Part shown: piece by piece, positions 31,730 through 38,642 of the stretch
Numbering within the stretch: position 1 is the first letter of the stretch
Layout: each line of letters opens with the position of its first letter
Virus record (IMG/VR): IMGVR_UViG_3300045988_153198
Length of the DNA stretch: 64,000 nucleotides
Source: a virus
Strand: one strand, 5' to 3'
The notes under the pieces: generated by a model
The model's database searches: none
Seen by the model: the letters and a program-made list of their open reading frames with translations, nothing else
What the model was told of the DNA's origin: nothing
Made by a program: the position numbers and the translations under genes

Positions 31730-31783
31730 TAGTAGAAAAAAGAGGAACTGATAAATGGTTACAGGGTCTTTTTTGTTAATATA

Positions 31784-31887
31784 GGCTTAAAACAGGCTAT
31801 TATAGGCTATTACAGGCTTAAAAGGGCTATTGGCAGCAGTTTTTGATAATTGGAGAAATACCTTGTTTTAAGGGCTTTCAAGGGTCT
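31784..31887. repeat. Helically phased repeat array (AGGCTTAAAA / AGGCTATTA units)
   Basis: GGCT cores at 31784, 31795, 31805, 31815 and 31825 (spacing 11, 10, 10, 10). Two degenerate copies, AAGGGCTTTC and AAGGGTCTTG, lie at 31870-31889. Confidence 0.6.
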
Positions 31888-31896
31888 TGATTTACA

Positions 31897-31916
31897 CATA
31901 AAATACGAATTTTATG
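31897..31916. promoter_or_regulatory. AT-rich palindrome CATAAAAT-N4-ATTTTATG, copy c
   Basis: Perfect 8-bp inverted repeat with the same flanks as copy b (CACATAAAAT...ATTTTATGAGG). Lies 10 nt from the transposon-end-like repeats. Confidence 0.4.
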
Positions 31917-31926
31917 AGGAACAAAA

Positions 31927-31987
31927 ACTCTGATAAGCACATTCTGATAAAGAATAACCTCTGATAATTTGATAATGTGACCGTCTA
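31927..31987 (-). mobile_element. Tn7-like transposon end copy (left-end-like), facing away from the tns genes
   Basis: Three inverted copies of the end motif start at 31927, 31941 and 31958 (CTCTGATAAG, TTCTGATAAA, CCTCTGATAA). The reverse complement of 31958-31987, TAGACGGTCACATTATCAAATTATCAGAGG, matches 32581-32610 at 27/30. Confidence 0.6.
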
Positions 31988-32019
31988 ATATAGATACGCA
32001 ACTATAACAGACACGCTAC

Positions 32020-32053
32020 AAAAAGAAAAGACTACTCTAGTGCAAGTAGAGTA
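32020..32053 (-). terminator. Terminator of the second mini-cassette
   Basis: Stem TACTCTA (32033-32039) / TAGAGTA (32047-32053), followed on the minus strand by CTTTTCTTTTT. Confidence 0.5.
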
Positions 32054-32075
32054 ACCCCTTCAAAGATTAAAAACA

Positions 32076-32255
32076 TTACAGAGAAACAGCACGTTTCTCA
32101 ATAAGCTTTAACAATTTTGGATTATCTTTTACAAGTAAATAATTTGCAAAGGATACACCAGTAATCTTAGAAACATGACCATTAGAAGATGCAACTTCTA
32201 AGGTATTATCAGGCTTCCAAGTAATGTTGGTAGACTTATTGAAATTAATATCCAT
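32076..32255 (-). CDS. Small protein, paralogue of 31419-31634
   Basis: Start set to ATG 32255 (MDINFNKS...) behind GGGAGGTG; the track start at 32264 is a GTG. Has its own promoter, a ~130-nt leader and a terminator. Confidence 0.55.
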   Translation of the reverse strand: MDINFNKSTNITWKPDNTLEVASSNGHVSKITGVSFANYLLVKDNPKLLKLIEKRAVSL

Positions 32256-32407
32256 AACGAACACCTCCCTTCTGTATAGGGTTGTATAGTAAAGCTCTGG
32301 TGGGAGAGCTGAACTAACTTAAACAGAACTAACCTAGACAGAACTTTCTGTAAGCAACTCTTAGGCAGAGGAAATTTGATGGTAGGACATCAAAAAATCC
32401 TCCACTT

Positions 32408-32422
32408 ATTATTATACGAGAA
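32408..32422 (-). promoter_or_regulatory. Promoter core TTCTCGTATAATAAT (minus strand)
   Basis: Plus strand reads ATTATTATACGAGAA, preceded by CCACTT, as at the other two copies. Confidence 0.55.
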
Positions 32423-32580
32423 ATCGTATGAAAGTAGGAAGTAATTAGCCTAATAGGAACTGCTTACAGGTTGAGAATACCTAAGACTGGACTAGGGGAG
32501 GGTGGTGGGAGAGGTAAGTAGTGTTAGCGTAAATCTGAAAGCGAACAGCTTTAAGAAATCAATCTGAAAGCGTAAATCGG

Positions 32581-32698
32581 TAGACAGTCATATTATCAAG
32601 TTATCAGAGGAGTAGGTTATCAGAGGTGTAACTTATCAGAGGGATACTGATGTAATTCATCAGAGGTGCAACTTGTCAGAAGTGCAACTTATCAGAGG
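32581..32698 (+). mobile_element. Tn7-like transposon end adjacent to tnsA (right-end-like)
   Basis: 30-nt tip TAGACAGTCATATTATCAAGTTATCAGAGG, then head-to-tail ~16-nt units (consensus TGCAACTTATCAGAGG) ending at 32610, 32626, 32642, 32666, 32682 and 32698. Confidence 0.7.
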
Positions 32699-32844
32699 TA
32701 AGGATATAGAGAATTATCTCCAAAATTCAAAAGTGGATACGACAGTTGATAGGGTAAGGTCTAAAAGTAAAGAGGATAGAACTTTTGCCTTAAAACTGAA
32801 TAATCACTTTTGCCCTATGACATAGAGTATTTGCTATTATCCAT

Positions 32845-33026
32845 TTTTGGGAAACTCATAAATCAAGACAAAACCTCTGAAAACCCAGTAAAATCAATAC
32901 TTTTAAGCAATTCCCCATTTTCCCAGAAATAATGTTTTTGGGAAGAAAAATCCCCAAAAATACGTTTTTGGGAGATTCAATCTGTTTTTGGGAACAATTT
33001 TGGGAAGTGTTACCCCATTCTGGGAA
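32845..33026 (+). promoter_or_regulatory. TTTTGGGAA repeat array upstream of tnsA
   Basis: Direct copies at 32845, 32936, 32966, 32986, 32998 and 33018 (the last is TTCTGGGAA). Inverted copies at 32920-32929 and 32951-32960. Ends 26 nt before the tnsA ATG. Confidence 0.5.
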
Positions 33027-33051
33027 TTGCCAAATATCAGGAGGTGCTGCT

Positions 33052-33396
33052 ATGCGTAAGAAAGGTTACAAGGGAAGATGTGAAAAGAAGAATTTAAGTA
33101 AAAGTCAGGAAGTATGCAGAACATACGATGCAATACAATCCAACTATGCAGATATTCTTCAGAATGACAACAACATACAGGAAATCAGATGCAATGTGTT
33201 GTTAGACGGTTTATCAGAAGGAGCTTATACCTCAGACTTTGTTTGTGTCAAATCAGATGGAGATTTGATGGTCAGGGAATGTGTTTTTAGAAAGTTTCTC
33301 ACAAAGCCTATGACAGTAAAGCTTCTGGATGCTTCAAGAGATTACTGGTTAAATCATGGTGTATCAGATTGGGGGATGGTCATTGATGAAGAATAG
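33052..33396 (+). CDS. tnsA: TnsA-like endonuclease, N-terminal-domain-only (114 aa)
   Basis: ATG 33052 follows CAGGAGGTG. AYTSDFVCV...GDLMVRECVFRK resembles the TnsA YTPDF...EVK core. The canonical Lys position is not obviously conserved. Confidence 0.55.
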   Translation: MRKKGYKGRCEKKNLSKSQEVCRTYDAIQSNYADILQNDNNIQEIRCNVLLDGLSEGAYTSDFVCVKSDGDLMVRECVFRKFLTKPMTVKLLDASRDYWLNHGVSDWGMVIDEE

Positions 33397-35233
33397 ATTA
33401 CAAAAGAAAATTACAAAGAATCAGCTATTACAGAATGATACTCAGCTTATAAGGGTTTTGGATATAGAAGCCTACAGAGTATTTGTCATTGACTGTATCA
33501 AAAAAACTATGCCAGTCTGGACAGATGCAGAATCATTAAAAGATTATCTTCCATGTTCTGAAGATACATTACAGGAAATCACAGATACTATTCTGATTGA
33601 CCTTGATAATTTAGATTCAGAAGGAAGAAAGACAGCATATGAAAGATATACAATGATTGCCCCTTTGCTGCCTTTTGTATCAGACCAGAAAAAACGAAAA
33701 GAACTGATAAACAGCCTTGCAAATATAAACTCAGTCAGCAAACAGACAATCAGATACTACCTCTGCTTATATCTGGTTTATCAGAATATATCTATACTTA
33801 TACGCAAGCAGAGTGTGAAAGAAAGCGTTTTATCTCAGGATGAGAAGAATATGAGGTGGGCTTTAAACAAGTTCTTTTATACCAAGCACAAGAACAGTTT
33901 GCCTGTGGCATATACGCTATTACTGAAAGAAAAATATTGTGATTCACTAGGAAATCTGCTGCCTGAATATCCTTCATTTTATCAGTTCCGATACTTCTAC
34001 AGAAGAACAAAAAAGATGCAGACCTATTATATTTCAAGAGATGGGTTGAAGGACTACCAAAAAAATAACAGACCGCTGCTAGGGGATGGAATACAAGAAT
34101 ATGCTTCGTCTGTAGGTATGGGAATGTTAGATGCGACTGTGTGTGATATTTACCTTATCAATGAAGCTGGTAATTTGGTAGGCAGACCGATATTGACAGC
34201 TTGCATAGATGCCTATAGTTCTTTATGTTGTGGTTATTCTCTGTCATGGGAAGGCGGTGTGTATTCTCTCAGAGGATTGATGTTAAATATCATTTCAGAT
34301 AAACAGAAGTGGTGTAGTCAATACGGTATCAGTATTAAGAAATCACAGTGGGATGCAGACAAGCTCCCAGCAATCTTTGTAACTGATATGGGTTCTGAAT
34401 ATAAATCTGAGAACTTTGAACAGATAACAGAACTAGGAGTAACTGTGGTAAATCTTCCATCTTACAGACCCGAACTGAAAGGAGCTGTGGAGAAATTTTT
34501 TGATTTAGTACAGAATACCTACAAGCCATATTTGAAGGGAAAAGGTGTAATAGAGCCAGATTATCAAGAGAGAGGTTCGCATGATTACAGGAAGGATGCT
34601 TGCCTTACTATGGTAGATTTTGAAAAGGTCATTCTCCGATGTATCATTTATTATAACTCACAGAGGATTATAGAAAATTTCCCATATACTGAAGGAATGA
34701 TACAGAATCAGATTCAGCCATTTGCAAGCAATATCTGGGAATGGGGAAAGACACAGATAGGGGCTAATTTGATTACAGTTGATAAAGAACAGATTGTATT
34801 GACCCTTCTTCCAAGGATTACAGGTAAGTTCTCCAGATTTGGACTCAGAGTAAACAAAATGCGGTATAAGCATGAGAATTTCACAGAAAAATATCTTGCT
34901 GGTGGAGAGGTAACAGTTGCCTACAATCCAGATGATGTATCAGCGGTATGGTTGATTGACAATGGTTCTTATATTCGATTTGACTTAATAGAAAGCCGAT
35001 ATAAGGGCAAGGAATTATCAGATGTAGAAATAATGCAGAAAGGTCAGAAAGAGCTTGTAAAGGCTGCTACAGCAGATAATATACAGGCACAGATTAACCT
35101 TGCACAGTCTATAGAAATCATTGCTGCATCTGTAAATAATCCTGATAAGGTCAATATAAAATCTATCAGGAATACCAGACAGAGAGAACAGACAAAGAAT
35201 CATATTGATTATATTAGGGGGATTGAAGCATGA
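33386..35233 (+). CDS. tnsB: TnsB/TniA-type DDE transposase
   Basis: DDE context MLDATVCDIY, FVTDMGSEYKS and PELKGAVEKFF, with a Mu-transposase-like C-terminal region. ATG 33386 overlaps the tnsA stop. Confidence 0.8.
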   Translation: MKNRLQKKITKNQLLQNDTQLIRVLDIEAYRVFVIDCIKKTMPVWTDAESLKDYLPCSEDTLQEITDTILIDLDNLDSEGRKTAYERYTMIAPLLPFVSDQKKRKELINSLANINSVSKQTIRYYLCLYLVYQNISILIRKQSVKESVLSQDEKNMRWALNKFFYTKHKNSLPVAYTLLLKEKYCDSLGNLLPEYPSFYQFRYFYRRTKKMQTYYISRDGLKDYQKNNRPLLGDGIQEYASSVGMGMLDATVCDIYLINEAGNLVGRPILTACIDAYSSLCCGYSLSWEGGVYSLRGLMLNIISDKQKWCSQYGISIKKSQWDADKLPAIFVTDMGSEYKSENFEQITELGVTVVNLPSYRPELKGAVEKFFDLVQNTYKPYLKGKGVIEPDYQERGSHDYRKDACLTMVDFEKVILRCIIYYNSQRIIENFPYTEGMIQNQIQPFASNIWEWGKTQIGANLITVDKEQIVLTLLPRITGKFSRFGLRVNKMRYKHENFTEKYLAGGEVTVAYNPDDVSAVWLIDNGSYIRFDLIESRYKGKELSDVEIMQKGQKELVKAATADNIQAQINLAQSIEIIAASVNNPDKVNIKSIRNTRQREQTKNHIDYIRGIEA

Positions 35234-36474
35234 TTGATTTTACAACGAAACTTCCAGAAATGAAATCAGGGAATGAACTTATATGTGCATTATCTATCAT
35301 TCCTGAATATGATGAAACCATATGCCAGCAGAACCAAGCAGTTAGATTAATGGCATTATCAGACCTGTACCAGATATATGTACCATCTCAGATGAGTATT
35401 GAAATCTATAATAAATTGTATCTTGCCTTGCTTCGTTCTATGCAAAAGAAAGGCTCTCAGATGGCTATAAAACAAAGATATGAGAACTATAAGGCAATGC
35501 AGCAGCAATCTTATAGCGGTATTCTGGGCGGTTCTGATTCATTCACAATTATCGGTACTTCAGGAATAGGTAAATCCTCTGCCATCAGCAGAGCTATATC
35601 CTTGATTACTGAAAATCGTATCATAGAAACAGACAAGCCATATACAAAGATTATCCCATGCCTGATTGTACAGTGTCCGTTTGATTCTTCAGTAAAAGGC
35701 TTGCTATTGGAAATCCTCAGAAAAGTAGATGAAGAACTGGGAACAGACCATTATATTCATGCAGTAAAATCCAGAGCTTCTACAACAGATATGCTTATAG
35801 GTGCGGTCAGCTCTATTGCATTAAATAATATTGGTATGCTGGTAGTAGATGAGATACAGAATGTTGTCAACTCCAAGAATGGAAAGAGCCTGATAGGTGC
35901 ATTGACTCAACTTATCAATAATTCGGGTATCTCTATTTGCATGGTGGGTACTCCTGAAAGTACAGTGTTTTTTGAACAGGCTATGCAGCTTGCAAGGCGG
36001 TCTGTAGGACTACAATATACAACTATGAAATATGATGAGTATTTCCAGAGCTTCTGCAAAGTGATTTTTAAATATCAATTTTTAAAAAATCATACAGAGA
36101 TAACCGCTGCTATTACAGAATGGCTATATGAACATTCTGCTGGTGTGGTTTCTGTTGTGGTATCTCTGATTCATGATGCACAGGAAATAGCAATTCTTAC
36201 AGGGAAAGAGGTTTTAAATCTGGATACTCTGAATGAAGCATACCAACAGAGATTAACATTGCTTCATGGATATATACAGCCCTCTGTGATTCAGAATAAA
36301 CCGACAACCAAAAAGAAAAAGACTGCTGCCAGTGTCAAAAAGAATCAGATACAGAGCCAGCCCAAACAGGAAAGATATTCTATCACTGAAATTGCAGAAA
36401 GAGCCAAAGCTGAGAATTTGGATGTAGTAGAATTGTTGAAAGAAGTTTATACCGTTATTGAGGTGGCAATATGA
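35230..36474 (+). CDS. tnsC: TnsC/TniB-type AAA+ ATPase
   Basis: Walker A GTSGIGKSS and Walker B LVVDEIQN. Start overlaps the tnsB stop (ATGA). Confidence 0.75.
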   Translation: MIDFTTKLPEMKSGNELICALSIIPEYDETICQQNQAVRLMALSDLYQIYVPSQMSIEIYNKLYLALLRSMQKKGSQMAIKQRYENYKAMQQQSYSGILGGSDSFTIIGTSGIGKSSAISRAISLITENRIIETDKPYTKIIPCLIVQCPFDSSVKGLLLEILRKVDEELGTDHYIHAVKSRASTTDMLIGAVSSIALNNIGMLVVDEIQNVVNSKNGKSLIGALTQLINNSGISICMVGTPESTVFFEQAMQLARRSVGLQYTTMKYDEYFQSFCKVIFKYQFLKNHTEITAAITEWLYEHSAGVVSVVVSLIHDAQEIAILTGKEVLNLDTLNEAYQQRLTLLHGYIQPSVIQNKPTTKKKKTAASVKKNQIQSQPKQERYSITEIAERAKAENLDVVELLKEVYTVIEVAI

Positions 36475-37823
36475 TAACATACCTTCCTGAAATATATCCA
36501 GATGAGCTTGTATATAGTTGGTTTTGTCGGTATGCAATCCATTCAGGATATACGTCACATAAACGAGTATTACAGGAGTTGTACTGTAAAAAATCAGATA
36601 CACCGATTAAAGAATTTATTGGTAATCTCAATCCTGAAGCAAGAGAATGTATTGATAAAATGTATCCGTTGAGGGATTTAGTATTAAATCACACCATGTA
36701 TCCTCAGTATGCCAGATTCATTCCATTGGAACAAAAGAAGGATGCTTTATATAAATTGTGTTATGAGAATTGTGATGCACACCATTTATTTGCAGTTCTT
36801 CCAAGGTGTGAGAAAGAACGCTACTTGAAATATTGTCCTGTATGTGCAAGTGAGGACAGACAGAGATATGGGGAAACATATTGGCACAGAAAACACCAAA
36901 TAAGGAATATGGGGATTTGTCCAAAACATAAGTGTAAGCTTCAGGACTCCAGCGTTTCAGCTAAAAGTATGAATATATATAATTTCTCTGCTGCTGAGAT
37001 TGCTATTCCTGATTCGGAAGAATATATACCTGTTGATAATCCTTTACAGATAAGATTTGCAGAGTACACAGAACAGGTTTTTGATACTCCTGTAGATTTT
37101 GAAAAGGATGTTCCACTCAGCACTATGTTGTATTATGCCATGAAGAATACAAAATATATGAAATCAACAGGAAGATGTCGATACATGACAAAGTTTGTTT
37201 CTGACATGACACGCTTTTATGAACAAATCGAACTGAATGAGATTGCCAGTATCGGAAGGATTCAAAGGACTTTGTTATCTGGGGAAAGATACGATTTTTC
37301 TCTTACCTGTCAGATTGGTTTCTTTCTGAATATGACATCTGAAGATTTGACTGCTCCTCAGTTATCGGAAGAACAGATAAAGATAGAAGAGGAAAGCCAT
37401 TATATCAAGGGAAAGACTACACCAGATTGGGAAGAATATGACAACAAAATGTCTCTTATCTTGGAACAGGTTGCAGAAGATATTTATAGCGGTGCTGCTG
37501 ATAGCATGGGAAAGCCTGAAAAGGTAACTGAGAAATTTATATGTAGGATACTGGGAATAAAGCAGCACCAACTTGAGAATATGCCTAAAAGCAGAGCTGT
37601 ATTAGAGAGATATTCAGAATCATATCCTGAATCATGGGCTAGAAAATTGGTATGGGCTTATGAGTGGCTTGAGAACAATGAGGAAGATGTATTTTACTGG
37701 AAACATCTCAGGAAACTCACAGGAGTTAAGAAAGAGCATTTTGATGAGATTATTCCATACCTTAAAAAGTATGCAGATGAGTATGAAGTGAAAAATATCA
37801 TAAAAATAGTTATGGGAGAGTAA
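36471..37823 (+). CDS. tniQ: TniQ-family target-selection protein
   Basis: N-terminal YPDELVYSWFCRY and zinc-ribbon CPVCASEDRQRYGETYWHRKHQIRNMGICPKHKCKL are typical of TniQ/TnsD N-terminal domains. Start overlaps the tnsC stop. Confidence 0.75.
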   Translation: MITYLPEIYPDELVYSWFCRYAIHSGYTSHKRVLQELYCKKSDTPIKEFIGNLNPEARECIDKMYPLRDLVLNHTMYPQYARFIPLEQKKDALYKLCYENCDAHHLFAVLPRCEKERYLKYCPVCASEDRQRYGETYWHRKHQIRNMGICPKHKCKLQDSSVSAKSMNIYNFSAAEIAIPDSEEYIPVDNPLQIRFAEYTEQVFDTPVDFEKDVPLSTMLYYAMKNTKYMKSTGRCRYMTKFVSDMTRFYEQIELNEIASIGRIQRTLLSGERYDFSLTCQIGFFLNMTSEDLTAPQLSEEQIKIEEESHYIKGKTTPDWEEYDNKMSLILEQVAEDIYSGAADSMGKPEKVTEKFICRILGIKQHQLENMPKSRAVLERYSESYPESWARKLVWAYEWLENNEEDVFYWKHLRKLTGVKKEHFDEIIPYLKKYADEYEVKNIIKIVMGE

Positions 37824-37895
37824 TCTTAATTCTTCTTGTTTTAATAAAGCTATGATATACTTATAAGCATACGAATTAAAACAAAGGAGAGTACC

Positions 37896-38597
37896 ATGAG
37901 TTTAAAAAATAAAGAAAAGATTTCGATAATAGTTCCTATTATTGTATGTATATTGTGTTTATGTTCATGTTCTAAGAAAACACCTGATGAAAAATTGACT
38001 GATAGTTTCTTAGAGTACAGTTTGGGGAAAACTGATGGTAAATTTAATAGAGTATTTACAACATCCAACGGAACAGAAATGGTAGTGTCTGAATTACAAA
38101 AAGAAGATGCAACTTCTCCAAAAGTGATTTTATCTGTTGATATTGGAAACACCGATTTTAAAAATCAAATATATCAGTGGATAACATCTCCTGTCAATGT
38201 GCGTATGGATGATTACAGAGAATGTGCGGAAATGGTCATAAAATATGCCAAAAATGAAAACTGGGATAATGACTATTATTTATATGTCAATACCAGAAAT
38301 ATTTATGGAAGTTGTGATATTGTCTATGACTATGAGAAAGATATGATTTATATACCAAATGCAGAAAATACCTATAAAGAAATGTATGAGCAGTTTGGTA
38401 CATTCTATACGAAAGATATTACTGAAGCAGACAACGGTTCTGATTTCATAATTAACAATAATTTAGGATATTGGCAACATAACGAATTGGAAACAAAAGA
38501 TGCAACCTCATATAGCATATTTCTTCATGATGGGAAATTTTCAGAATATGAAAAAGATAAGTCTACTGTATATAGTAGAGATGATGTAAGCGAATAA
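37896..38597 (+). CDS. Putative lipoprotein
   Basis: Signal peptide with lipobox-like LCLCSC|SKK. RBS AAAGGAGAG. Possible extended -10 (TGATATACT, 37853-37861). Confidence 0.55.
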   Translation: MSLKNKEKISIIVPIIVCILCLCSCSKKTPDEKLTDSFLEYSLGKTDGKFNRVFTTSNGTEMVVSELQKEDATSPKVILSVDIGNTDFKNQIYQWITSPVNVRMDDYRECAEMVIKYAKNENWDNDYYLYVNTRNIYGSCDIVYDYEKDMIYIPNAENTYKEMYEQFGTFYTKDITEADNGSDFIINNNLGYWQHNELETKDATSYSIFLHDGKFSEYEKDKSTVYSRDDVSE

Positions 38598-38612
38598 AAA
38601 ATCGTAAAAAAT

Positions 38613-38639
38613 AAGGGTGTAGCTTAATGCTACACCCTT
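38613..38639. terminator. Bidirectional terminator between convergent genes
   Basis: AAGGGTGTAGC (38613-38623) / GCTACACCCTT (38629-38639) with loop TTAAT. The minus-strand side has a T-rich tract. Confidence 0.65.
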
Positions 38640-38642
38640 AAA

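Larger units (their letters stand above)
32581..37823 (+). mobile_element. Tn7-like transposon, minimal extent (distal boundary unresolved)
   Basis: End repeats followed by translationally coupled tnsA-like, tnsB, tnsC and tniQ genes. No matching inverted end was found by eye between 37824 and 39030. Confidence 0.7.

Noticed and set aside
32595-32698. Tandem 16-nt repeats as a CRISPR array
   Set aside because: The units are head-to-tail with no spacers, are only 16 nt long, and are mirrored by an inverted copy. They fit transposase-binding end repeats, not CRISPR.
31927-32698. A 772-bp miniature element with tips at 31927 and 32698
   Set aside because: The best-conserved and unique 30-mer would then be innermost and the tips least conserved. 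No target-site duplication is visible (CAAAA versus TAAGG), and the tns genes would lie outside the element. The outward-facing interpretation fits better.
30961-32930. tRNA, tmRNA or rRNA genes in the 2-kb gene-poor region
   Set aside because: I could not find any cloverleaf-compatible acceptor/T-arm pairing or conserved GTTC-type motifs by eye. This needs tRNAscan/Infernal to be definitive.
32932-33051. First 40 codons of track ORF 32932-33396 as the TnsA N-terminus
   Set aside because: The sequence (MFLGRKIPKNTFLGDSICFWEQFWE...) is simply the TTTTGGGAA repeat array translated. A strong RBS precedes the internal ATG at 33052.
37984-38040. CACCTGATGA / ACTGATAG / ACTGATGG as the missing distal transposon end
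   Set aside because: The matches to the CCTCTGATAA motif are partial and irregularly spaced. They fall inside the lipoprotein coding sequence and are not followed by the conserved tip sequence.
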